Source: Gammaproteobacteria bacterium (GTDB taxonomy: Bacteria; Pseudomonadota; Gammaproteobacteria; Natronospirales; REEB76). From it: a DNA stretch of 64,000 nucleotides. The notes below the pieces were generated by a model. The model saw nothing but the letters and a program-made list of their open reading frames with translations, was not told the origin of the DNA and did not search any database. Shown piece after piece: positions 19,241 to 30,130 of the stretch (the stretch's first letter is position 1; every line of letters starts with the position of its first letter). The stretch covers positions 93,432 to 157,431 of the forward strand of contig DASVOS010000018.1 of the NCBI GenBank assembly GCA_036383255.1, written 5' to 3'. Position numbers and translations under genes: made by a program.

Positions 19241-19669
19241 ATGACGGGGCGAACCATGACGCTGGATGAGGCGATCCTGAGACTCGCGGAAGAGCGGGAA
19301 GTGACGGACCAGGCGGTGTTCCTGGACCTCTTGAAGCGGGAGGGCCACAAGGTCACCCAGCCCACGCTGTCGCGGCACCTGAACAAGCTCGGCGTCCAGA
19401 AGCTCGCCGGCCGCTACCAGCGAGTGGACCCCATGCCCACCGAGCTCCCCGCCTACGCCGTGTCCGCCGCGCCGCCGAACCTCGTCATCATCAAGACCCG
19501 CCCCGGCTACGCCCAGGCGCTGGCGGTGCTCCTGGACGAGCACGCCATCGACGGAGTGGTGGGGACCCTGGCGGGGGACGACACGGTGTTCATCGCCGTG
19601 ACGCCGGAGAAGAAGATGCGCGAGGCCGTGGAGACGGTGCGCGGGATCCTGGAGAGCCGCTCCGGCTGA
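19241..19669 (+). CDS. argR: Arginine repressor
   Basis: 142 aa with an N-terminal winged-helix (TQPTLSRHLNKLG) and a C-terminal oligomerisation domain carrying GTLAGDDTVFI. Divergent from the arg operon. An alternative ATG lies at 19256. Confidence 0.8.
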   Translation: MTGRTMTLDEAILRLAEEREVTDQAVFLDLLKREGHKVTQPTLSRHLNKLGVQKLAGRYQRVDPMPTELPAYAVSAAPPNLVIIKTRPGYAQALAVLLDEHAIDGVVGTLAGDDTVFIAVTPEKKMREAVETVRGILESRSG

Positions 19670-19700
19670 GCAATCCCCAGCCGGAGCGGAGAAGGCTGTC

Positions 19701-20597
19701 TTATTGGGCGCCGGGCGGCGGCAGCGGGATCTCCTCGGCGATCAGAAGCTTCCACCCGTCCGCACCCTTGCGCCACACATGCATGTAGGTGCCCTGGGGC
19801 GTGAGGTGCGCCGTGTCACCGGTCTTGTAGGTCATGCCGTAGAGGTAGCCCAGGTCCCCCGACTTGGCCACGCTGCCACCCAAGGGGAACCATTGCAGGT
19901 CGGAGAGCGCGTCCGGCACCACCGTGGCCATCTCTGCCTTCCCCAGCAGCGGCTGGCCGCCCAGCATCAGCACACGGATGTCATCGGTGCCGGAGAGCCG
20001 GTATGCGGTGCGCAGGCCCTTGTTGATGGCGTCGTTGGAGAACACGGTATCGGCGCGCATCATGGCGTCGTGCAGGTCGTCCACGGAAGGCACCGCGCCG
20101 CTGACGGCGGGAAGCTGCGCCACCTTGGAATGCGGCGCCAGCGGCTTGGCCTTGTCCTCGGCCGGATGGTCTATGCCGGCATCGAACAGCGCCTTCCAGG
20201 TGCCGGTGGAGTCCTTGGCCCAGATGCTCAGCCACTCACCGTAGGCGGCCTGCTGCTTGCCCTCCTCGTCCCAGTGCGCGGTCCAGGGACCCGTGTCCAC
20301 GCCGAAGTCGCCGGAGGCGGATACCAGTGCGTATGAGGGGTACCACAGCAACTGCGTCTTGCTGGCCTTGCCCTGGGTATAGCGGTCGAAGGCATTGACC
20401 GGCTGCGGCCCGAAGGTGATGGACTGCTTGTCCAGGTACTTGAGGAAGCCGTCGCGGATACCGTGCTTGGCCACCTCGGCGGCGAAGTCGTATTCGTTCT
20501 GCACCAGGCTCACGGGCGCAGTGTGGGTAGTGCGCGCGGCTTGCGCGGCGGGGACCAACAGCAGGGAGGAGAAGACGAAGGCGAGGATCTTATGCAT
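19701..20597 (-). CDS. Secreted protein, probably two NTF2/DUF4440-like repeats
   Basis: Start trimmed to MHKILAFVFSSLLLVPAAQA (signal peptide). Each half carries a ...WKALFD / ...WKLLIAE-type ending. The family assignment is tentative. Confidence 0.45.
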   Translation of the reverse strand: MHKILAFVFSSLLLVPAAQAARTTHTAPVSLVQNEYDFAAEVAKHGIRDGFLKYLDKQSITFGPQPVNAFDRYTQGKASKTQLLWYPSYALVSASGDFGVDTGPWTAHWDEEGKQQAAYGEWLSIWAKDSTGTWKALFDAGIDHPAEDKAKPLAPHSKVAQLPAVSGAVPSVDDLHDAMMRADTVFSNDAINKGLRTAYRLSGTDDIRVLMLGGQPLLGKAEMATVVPDALSDLQWFPLGGSVAKSGDLGYLYGMTYKTGDTAHLTPQGTYMHVWRKGADGWKLLIAEEIPLPPPGAQ

Positions 20598-20724
20598 GGC
20601 GTACCCTTGGAGATTCCCCTGATTGTTATGGACTAAGCATAGACCTTTCACCGGACAGGATGTTCCACGGCGGTGCCCGACCGCACAGGCACCCGACGAA
20701 ACAGCGGATTTTAGCGACGGATGG

Positions 20725-21879
20725 TCATTCGTCCCCGGCCGTCACCTGGTTACGGCCGCCGCGCTTGGCGCGGTACATGCGCCGGTCCGCGGTCATGTAG
20801 AGACGGTCCCAGTCCTCCCCATCCTCGGGGAACACGGCGATGCCTCCGCTCAGGGTGGCGGTGGGCGTGGCCGCCTCCTCGTACTGCGCACCCGCCACCG
20901 CCTCCCGCAGCCGGTCCGCGGCACGCAGGCATTCCGCGCGGCCGTGCTGGGGGAGGATCACCAGGAACTCCTCGCCCCCGATGCGGCCGAGCACGTCCTC
21001 GCCGCGCTTGTGGCGCTCGAGCGTGGCGGAGATGTGCCGCAGCACTGCGTCGCCCACGTAGTGGCCGCAGGTGTCGTTGATCTGCTTGAAGAGGTCGATG
21101 TCGAACAGCACCAGGCCGAAGCTCTGCCGCTGGCGGCGGCAGCGGGCCACCTCCTCGTCGAAGCGCTCATGCATGGCGCGCCGGTTCGGCAGCCCGGTGA
21201 GCAGGTCGGTGTAGGCCGAGCGCCGGAGATCGTGCTCCATCAGCCGCACCTCCACCCACATGAGGCCGAGGGTGGAGGACACCACCAGCAAGAGCTGGAA
21301 CGCGGAGAACGCCGCCTGCAGGGTGTCCACCCGCGCGAGGTCGGAGCTGCCGCCGATGGCGATCCAGATGAGTGCCAGGCGCGCGTTCCACACCATCAGC
21401 GTCAGCAGGATGGTCCCTACCAGGAAGTTGGCCGCGGCGCGCGCGGCGGCCGGCGGATGATGCAGGAGCTGCCAGGACACCACCACGTACTGCAGGCTGG
21501 CGTAGAAGGTCGGCGCGGCGAAGTAGACGATGAGCGGGCCGTGCAGGAAGTAGTTGAGGACCAGTATCCCCACCACCACCGCGAAGCCGCTGCCGGTGAG
21601 CACCAGCGCAGGCCGCAGCGGCACGTGCATGAACACGGCGCGGGCGGTGAGTAGGGCCGAGAGGGAGATCAGGCTGTCGCCCAGCATCCGCCCCAGGTCG
21701 CCGGCCATGCTGCCCGTGGCGAAGATCACCAGCATGCCCAGGGCGTAGGCGATGAGGCCCCAGCCCCACAGGCGCAACGCCAGGGACTTGCGCTCGCCGC
21801 GCGCCACCACCAGCACCAGCACGCCCATGAGCATGCTCATCATGAGCAGGCACAGCAGCAGCACAGCCGAGAGCTTCAC
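20725..21879 (-). CDS. Membrane-anchored diguanylate cyclase (GGDEF)
   Basis: 384 aa with a multi-TM N-terminal half and a C-terminal GGDEF domain (DLLTGLPNRR, RIGGEEFLVIL). GTG start. Confidence 0.85.
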   Translation of the reverse strand: MKLSAVLLLCLLMMSMLMGVLVLVVARGERKSLALRLWGWGLIAYALGMLVIFATGSMAGDLGRMLGDSLISLSALLTARAVFMHVPLRPALVLTGSGFAVVVGILVLNYFLHGPLIVYFAAPTFYASLQYVVVSWQLLHHPPAAARAAANFLVGTILLTLMVWNARLALIWIAIGGSSDLARVDTLQAAFSAFQLLLVVSSTLGLMWVEVRLMEHDLRRSAYTDLLTGLPNRRAMHERFDEEVARCRRQRQSFGLVLFDIDLFKQINDTCGHYVGDAVLRHISATLERHKRGEDVLGRIGGEEFLVILPQHGRAECLRAADRLREAVAGAQYEEAATPTATLSGGIAVFPEDGEDWDRLYMTADRRMYRAKRGGRNQVTAGDE

Positions 21880-21965
21880 GCCGGCGATCTCCCCCTAAAC
21901 CATCCGCCCGGCCCCGGAGGACCGGGGTCTTGCGTCCGGTATTCTACCTTCGGGGCAGCGGCAGT

Positions 21966-22559
21966 TCAGGCGCGCCGCTCGTACTTCCAGTTGTAGTTCT
22001 TCCCCTCGCTGAGCCACTTCAGCGCGGTGGCGAGGCGGCGGGCGCGGGTCGCTTCCTGCTTCGCACCGGTGATCCATTCCACGTATTCGTTACGGTGGCT
22101 GGCGCTCAGGGCCTTGAAGGTGGCGGCGGCTTTGGGCTGGCCCTTGAGCGCCCGGGCGAAGTCCGCCGGCACCCGCAGCGGCGCGGCCTTGCGCCGGGCG
22201 CGCCCCGGCACCTTCACGTCCTCGAGGTTGAGCCGTACCGCCTTCTTTATATAGGCGGCGAGCTTGCGGTCGGAAGGCAGGTCCTTGAGGCTCGTGACCC
22301 GGCCGAAGCTGCCCATGGCGCCATCCTTCCCGTCCAGCACCAGCTTGCTCTTCCAGAAGCCGAAGGCGCAGTGCCGCTTGAACGCCGCCATGTTGCAGAC
22401 GATGCCGGCGTGGACGAAGCTCGGCATGCCCCACTTGAGCGTCTCCTCGATGTCCGGATCCGCCTGGTGCATCAGCTTGCGGAGGTGCCTGAGGATGGGC
22501 TTGGCGAAGTCCGCGGACTTCGCGATGTAGGCATCCACGCGTGGGTCTTTCTTACCCAT
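21966..22559 (-). CDS. DUF1801 / YdeI-like domain protein
   Basis: 197 aa. The N-terminus (VDAYIAK...LKWGMPSF) resembles DUF1801 and the C-terminus (HRNEYVEWITGAKQEATRARR) resembles the YdeI/OmpD-associated family. Confidence 0.6.
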   Translation of the reverse strand: MGKKDPRVDAYIAKSADFAKPILRHLRKLMHQADPDIEETLKWGMPSFVHAGIVCNMAAFKRHCAFGFWKSKLVLDGKDGAMGSFGRVTSLKDLPSDRKLAAYIKKAVRLNLEDVKVPGRARRKAAPLRVPADFARALKGQPKAAATFKALSASHRNEYVEWITGAKQEATRARRLATALKWLSEGKNYNWKYERRA

Positions 22560-22562
22560 GGC

Positions 22563-22949
22563 TCAGTCTCCGGTGGGTATGATCCCGGCGTTCTCGATCA
22601 TCAATATGATAGAGCGTTCCGGCGCGCGGGTGCGGTGCACCACCCCCTTGGGCACCGTGAAGCCCTGGCGCGGCCTGAGCTCGACAACGCGATCCTCGAG
22701 GTCCACGCAGAACAGGCCCTCGATGCAATAGAAGAACTCGTCGTCCTCCTCGTGCTTGTGCCAGTGGTACTCGCCCTGCATCACGCCGAGGCGCACCACC
22801 GAGCCGTTCACCTTGGCCAGGGTCTGGTTGAACCAGGGGTGGGTGACGGCGTCGATGACGGGCTGCAGGTCCACCTTCTCCAGCGGCTTGAACAGCACGT
22901 CGAGGCGCGTGTCGTAGGGGAAGTCGGCGGGATCAGTCTTGTTGGCCAT
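22563..22949 (-). CDS. Cupin-domain protein
   Basis: 128 aa with G.YHWHKHEEDDEFFY and PKGVVH cupin motifs. Confidence 0.7.
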   Translation of the reverse strand: MANKTDPADFPYDTRLDVLFKPLEKVDLQPVIDAVTHPWFNQTLAKVNGSVVRLGVMQGEYHWHKHEEDDEFFYCIEGLFCVDLEDRVVELRPRQGFTVPKGVVHRTRAPERSIILMIENAGIIPTGD

Positions 22950-23094
22950 GGCCGGGGCCTCGCGTGAGCGGGACGCAGGCCAAGGATGCTAAATCAATCC
23001 AGGCGGGAAAGCTGTTGTAATTTCACGGATTCATTGTTGTAAATCCACGGCAAGCCGCGGCCGGAAGGCGCCGGAGCGCCTCCCGGCCTGGACA

Positions 23095-23484
23095 TCACGG
23101 GTTGGGCAAGCTCGAGCACTTGTAGTAAGCGACCTCGGCGTCCTTGAAGGCATTGACGTTGAAGCCGCCGATGCTGGTCTCGCTGGGGATGATCACGAAG
23201 GCGTAGTTCGCGCCCTTGGAAGGCGCCTTGTCCACCGCGCCCTGGGTGATGCGCTCGATCGCAGCGGCCTTGTCCATGTTGCCGGAGAGGCCGAAGTCCT
23301 CCTTCTCGCGCACCACCTGGGTGCAGCCGTAGTCGGACTTGGGTTCCGCCTGGCCGGCCATGACCCGCTGGCCGGTCTTGGCGGTGTAGTTCTTCACCGT
23401 CAGGCCGCCCATCATGTTCGAGATGGACGAGCAGCCGGTCACGGCCGCCAGTGCGAGGATGAATACGGGAAGCTGCTTGGACAT
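23095..23484 (-). CDS. Small lipoprotein (possibly DUF4156-like)
   Basis: Start trimmed to the ATG at 23484, 6 nt after AAGGAG. Lipobox LAAVTGC. 129 aa. Confidence 0.55.
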   Translation of the reverse strand: MSKQLPVFILALAAVTGCSSISNMMGGLTVKNYTAKTGQRVMAGQAEPKSDYGCTQVVREKEDFGLSGNMDKAAAIERITQGAVDKAPSKGANYAFVIIPSETSIGGFNVNAFKDAEVAYYKCSSLPNP

Positions 23485-23539
23485 GGTCATCTCCTTCTTA
23501 TGAATGGGATAGCCAACCCTGGCACAAGTATCGCACAGG

Positions 23540-24484
23540 CTAGGCCAAGGCCTTAAGCCCGGCGGCGTGGTGCTGCAACGCCTCGCGCAAGGACATGGGC
23601 GCGCGGATCTCGAACCGGAACGACAGCCGCGCGAGCTGCCGCGCCATCCACTCGATGCCATCGGTGCGGGTCTTGAACAGTAGGCCGCCTCGCTGCGGCT
23701 CGAACAGTCCGATGTTCTCCCCCAGCTCGAGCATGGCGGTCTCGAGGTCGGTCTCGAGCCACACCTCCACCGATATCGCGCGCGGCAGCGTGGCGATGCT
23801 GAAGTCCAGGTGCGCGCCCGCGTCGAAGTCCTCCGGACGCGTGAACCTGGTCTCGAGCATCTGCACTTCCTCCACCCGGTCGAGGCGGAAGGAGCGCAGC
23901 CCCTGGCGCAGATGGCAATGGCCCCCCACGTACCAGCAGCCCTTGCGGTAGAGCAGGCCGTAGGCGTCGAAGTCCCGCTCGCTGCCCTCGCCCTTGGAGG
24001 AGCGGTAGCGCATGTGCACGCGCCGCCCCTGCTGCGCCGCCGCGCTCAACACCGCCAGCGCCTGGTTGTCGCCGGGCGGAGGCGCGGAGCTCAAGTCGAG
24101 GCTCACGGTCTCGTCCACCGCGCGCACCCGCTGCTTGAGGTTCGCCGGCATCACCCGCTCGAGCTTGGCCTGGGCGCTGGCGACGGCGGAGTTCGCCTCC
24201 GCGAGTCCCAGGCTGCGCGCCGCCAGGAGGCCCACCGACAGCGCCAGCGCTTCGTCCTCGTTGAACATCATGGGCGGCAGCTTGAAGCCGGCCACCAGGA
24301 GGTAGGCGCCGTGGCGGCCGCGCTCGCTGGTGATGGGTATCCCGAGGTCCTCCAGCGCGGCGATGTAGCGGCGCAACGTGCGCCCGTCCACCTCCAGGCG
24401 GCGCGCGAGCTCGGCCCCGCTCATGCGCCCATGGGTCTGCAGGAGCTCGAGGACAGCCAGTACGCGGGTGGTGGGACGGGACAT
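23540..24484 (-). CDS. WYL-domain transcriptional regulator (YafY-like)
   Basis: 314 aa with an N-terminal HTH (RVLAVLELLQTHGRMSGAELARRLEVDGRTLRRYI) and a central WYL-type domain (GCWYVGGHC). Confidence 0.8.
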   Translation of the reverse strand: MSRPTTRVLAVLELLQTHGRMSGAELARRLEVDGRTLRRYIAALEDLGIPITSERGRHGAYLLVAGFKLPPMMFNEDEALALSVGLLAARSLGLAEANSAVASAQAKLERVMPANLKQRVRAVDETVSLDLSSAPPPGDNQALAVLSAAAQQGRRVHMRYRSSKGEGSERDFDAYGLLYRKGCWYVGGHCHLRQGLRSFRLDRVEEVQMLETRFTRPEDFDAGAHLDFSIATLPRAISVEVWLETDLETAMLELGENIGLFEPQRGGLLFKTRTDGIEWMARQLARLSFRFEIRAPMSLREALQHHAAGLKALA

Positions 24485-24600
24485 GATCCACAGTTTAACT
24501 TCAATTAGGACTTAAAACGCCCTAATTACCCCCTACCGTGCGTCCCGAACCCCATCGGCCCCTTGGGCCGCTGGGTCCCCCAACCGAAGGAGGAACGGAC

Positions 24601-25197
24601 ATGCACAAGACTTACCACCCCTATGGCCTCATCGCCGCCGCCATGGTGCTCACTGCCTTCGGCGGTGTCGCCTATGCCGAGACCCCTGCCGCCACCGCCG
24701 GCCCGGCGGTGCGGGACGGCTCCCACGACTTCGACTTCGAGATGGGCAAGTGGAATATGCACAATCGCAGGCTGGTCAAGAAGTTCGTGGATTCCCATGA
24801 CTGGGCGGAGTTCGAATCACACAGCGAGGGGAGCTTGCTTCCCGGCGGCATGGGCAACCAGGATGTGTACCGCACGGACTTCTTCAAGCCGGGCTTCGTG
24901 GGCCTCACCTACCGTCTCTACGATCCGCGCACCGGACTGTGGAGCATCTACTGGATCGACAACCTGAGCATGCAGGGCACCTTCCTGCCGCCGGTGGTGG
25001 GCAAGTTCACCGGCAACGTGGGAGTGTTCGAGGGACCCGATACCTACGACGGCAAGCCCATCGTGGTGCGCTACACCTGGACGGTGAACCCCAAGGGCTC
25101 GCCCATCACCGCGCACTTCGAGCAGGCCTTCTCCGCGGACGGCGGCAAGACCTGGGAGACCAACTTCGTGAACGACATCACGCCGGCAGGCCGCTGA
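24601..25197 (+). CDS. Secreted protein of unknown function (DUF1579-like?)
   Basis: Start at ATG 24601 after GGAGGA. Signal peptide ...FGGVAYA. The family call is weak. Confidence 0.4.
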   Translation: MHKTYHPYGLIAAAMVLTAFGGVAYAETPAATAGPAVRDGSHDFDFEMGKWNMHNRRLVKKFVDSHDWAEFESHSEGSLLPGGMGNQDVYRTDFFKPGFVGLTYRLYDPRTGLWSIYWIDNLSMQGTFLPPVVGKFTGNVGVFEGPDTYDGKPIVVRYTWTVNPKGSPITAHFEQAFSADGGKTWETNFVNDITPAGR

Positions 25198-25245
25198 CTC
25201 CCGGCTTGTGAGAGACTGCCCGCCGGGCGCCGACGAGGGGAACCC

Positions 25246-25881
25246 ATGACTGACTACGGCCATCTCTGGCTCTTCTTCGTGTTCGTGCTCGGCATCATGC
25301 TGCTGCCGGGCCTGGACATGGCCTACATCCTCGGCAGCGCCCTGGCGGGCGGCCGCAAGTCCGGCGTCATGGCGCTCCTGGGCGTGGCGGCCGGCGGCAC
25401 CTGCCACGTGGTCGCGGGCGTGCTGGGCATCAGCGTGCTCCTGAAGCTCTATCCCGCCGCGTTCCAGTTCATGCTGCTGGCGGGCGCGCTCTACATCGCC
25501 TGGATCGGCTTCAGCATCCTCAGGAGCGCCTCCGCGTTCCACCTGCACCCGGACGGCCGCAAGCGCACGCCGGCCGCCACCTTCCGCCAGGGTATGGTGA
25601 CCTGCCTGCTCAATCCCAAGGCCTATCTCTTCATGCTGGCGGTGTTCCCGCAGTTCCTGCGACCGGAGTACGGCGCGCTATGGCTGCAGGGCGTGGTGAT
25701 GTGGCTCATCATCCTCACCGGCATGGCGGGGGTGTACGGGCCACTCGCCTACGCAGCCGGCAGCGTGCGCACCTGGCTGGAGGGCAATCCCGCCTCCGCC
25801 GTGACCGTGAGCCGGGTGGTGGGCGCGATGCTGATGGCAGTGGCGGTGTTCACTGCGGTGGACGGCTGGCGCGGGGTCTGA
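25246..25881 (+). CDS. LysE-family amino-acid exporter
   Basis: 211 aa with about 6 TM helices, PG.DM near the N-terminus and a NPKAYLF motif. Confidence 0.8.
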   Translation: MTDYGHLWLFFVFVLGIMLLPGLDMAYILGSALAGGRKSGVMALLGVAAGGTCHVVAGVLGISVLLKLYPAAFQFMLLAGALYIAWIGFSILRSASAFHLHPDGRKRTPAATFRQGMVTCLLNPKAYLFMLAVFPQFLRPEYGALWLQGVVMWLIILTGMAGVYGPLAYAAGSVRTWLEGNPASAVTVSRVVGAMLMAVAVFTAVDGWRGV

Positions 25882-25893
25882 CCACAATAGGGC

Positions 25894-26529
25894 ATGACCC
25901 ACACCGCCCAGCTTTGGCTCTACTTCCTTCTGGTCTTCGGCGTCATCCTGCTGCCGGGGATGGACATGGCCTACGTGCTCGCCAGCGCCCTCACCGGCGG
26001 AAGGCGCGGAGGCCTGGCCGCGGTGGCCGGCATCGTATCCGGCGCAGTGTTCCACATGGCGGCGGCGGTGCTGGGCGTGAGCGTGCTGCTCAAGCTCTAC
26101 CCCGCCGCGTTCCAGGCGCTGCTGCTGGCGGGTGCTTTCTACCTGGCCTGGGTCGGCTATTCCATCCTGCGGCGCGCCTCGGTGATACGGCTGCACCCGG
26201 ACAGCGTGGTGCGCTCACCGAAGACAGCGTTCCGCCAGGGCATGGTGAACAACCTGCTCAACGCCAACGCCTACGTGTTCACGCTGGCGGTGATCCCGCA
26301 GTTCCTGCGCCCGGAATACGGCCCGTTGTGGCTGCAGGGCACGGTGCTGTGGGGCATCGGCGCGGTATGCCAGGTGGTGGTGTACGGTTCGGTGGCGCTG
26401 CTCGCGGCCAAGATGCGCAGCTGGCTCGAGCGCGATCCCGCCGCCGCGGCCCGGGTCGCGCGGGTGGTGGGCGTGATGCTGGTCCTGATGGCGGCGCTCA
26501 CCGCCGTGAACGGCTGGCGCGGCGTGTAG
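25894..26529 (+). CDS. LysE-family amino-acid exporter (tandem paralog)
   Basis: 211 aa, collinear with the upstream copy and identical over many blocks (VLLKLYPAAFQ, FRQGMV, PQFLRPEYG.LWLQG). Confidence 0.8.
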   Translation: MTHTAQLWLYFLLVFGVILLPGMDMAYVLASALTGGRRGGLAAVAGIVSGAVFHMAAAVLGVSVLLKLYPAAFQALLLAGAFYLAWVGYSILRRASVIRLHPDSVVRSPKTAFRQGMVNNLLNANAYVFTLAVIPQFLRPEYGPLWLQGTVLWGIGAVCQVVVYGSVALLAAKMRSWLERDPAAAARVARVVGVMLVLMAALTAVNGWRGV

Positions 26530-26533
26530 CAAA

Positions 26534-26560
26534 GAAAAAGCCCGCCGAAGCGGGCTTTTC
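26534..26560. terminator. Bidirectional intrinsic terminator (LysE / clpB convergent)
   Basis: AAAAAGCCCGC-cgaa-GCGGGCTTTTC, flanked by an A-run on one side and a T-run on the other. Confidence 0.8.
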
Positions 26561-26562
26561 CA

Positions 26563-29169
<2,607 letters not shown>

Positions 29170-29232
29170 GGCTTTATTGCTCTTCGGATGAGTGTAAGCC
29201 CCTGAAAAGGCGGGGCAAACCGAATGAACAAT

Positions 29233-29260
29233 AAATGGGGCTCAGGACGGGGTTTTCAAC
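29233..29260 (-). promoter_or_regulatory. Sigma32 (heat-shock) promoter for clpB
   Basis: The minus strand reads TTGAAAA-N12-CCCCATTT, matching TTGAAA-N13/14-CCCCATnT. It lies about 65 nt upstream of the clpB ATG, and the -35 element overlaps the stop of the ZIP gene. Confidence 0.7.
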
Positions 29261-30038
29261 CGCCCAACAGGGCCTGGGTGAGGTAGATGAGACCGATGCC
29301 GGCCGCGATGAGCAGCACTGTCAGGGCCGAGAACTGGGCCCCTTCGTGGCGGTGCAGGCCGGGGATGAGGTCCGCCACCGCCACATAGATGAGGCTGGCG
29401 GCGGCGATGGCGAGCACGTAGGGCAGATAACCCTCCACCGTGCCCAGCAGGAAGAAGGCGGCGACGCCGCCCACCACCATGGTGGCCGCGGACAGGGCCG
29501 AGAGCATGAAGGCGCGGCCGCGGGCCACACCGGACGAGAGCAGCACCGAGATGTCGCCCACCTGCTGCGGGATCTGGTGCGCGATGACGGCGATGGCGAG
29601 CACCACGCCCATGTGCACGCTGCTGAGGAAGGTGGCGCCCAACAGCACCCCGTCCAGGAGGTTATGCAGGCCGGTGCCCACCAGGATCATGGTGCCCGCC
29701 GCCTGCTGGCGCAGCTCATCGTGGTCCGCGTGGCCCTCGTGCTCGTGGCCATGGTGCCAGAACGCGAGCTTCTCAAGGAGGAAGAACCCCAGCACCCCCA
29801 GCGCGATGGCGAGACCCACGCCCTGCACCCGCGCGGGACCCGCGCCCCGCAGCGCCTCCGGCAAGAGGTCCAGGAACGCCGCGCCCAGGAGCGCGCCGAT
29901 GGCGAAGCTCACGAGGGAGGGCACCAGCAGTTTGCGGGTGCGGGCGCCGAACAGGAGCAGCACCGAGGCCAGGAGCGCGCTCAGCACCGCGCCCACCAGC
30001 GTCGCCGGGATGATCCAGAGCAGGAGTGAGGGTTGCAT
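29256..30038 (-). CDS. ZIP-family divalent metal transporter
   Basis: Start trimmed to MQPSLLLW (ATG at 30038). His-rich loop HHGHEHEGHADH and HNLLDG / HQIPQQVGD ZIP motifs. Confidence 0.8.
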   Translation of the reverse strand: MQPSLLLWIIPATLVGAVLSALLASVLLLFGARTRKLLVPSLVSFAIGALLGAAFLDLLPEALRGAGPARVQGVGLAIALGVLGFFLLEKLAFWHHGHEHEGHADHDELRQQAAGTMILVGTGLHNLLDGVLLGATFLSSVHMGVVLAIAVIAHQIPQQVGDISVLLSSGVARGRAFMLSALSAATMVVGGVAAFFLLGTVEGYLPYVLAIAAASLIYVAVADLIPGLHRHEGAQFSALTVLLIAAGIGLIYLTQALLGG

Positions 30039-30130
30039 GGATGCGACGGATTTTACCCTGCTCCAGGCATCTCTGGAACGGCGCCTCCGGTACAATGCGC
30101 GCCCGGCCCGCCATCCCTACAGTTATTCCC

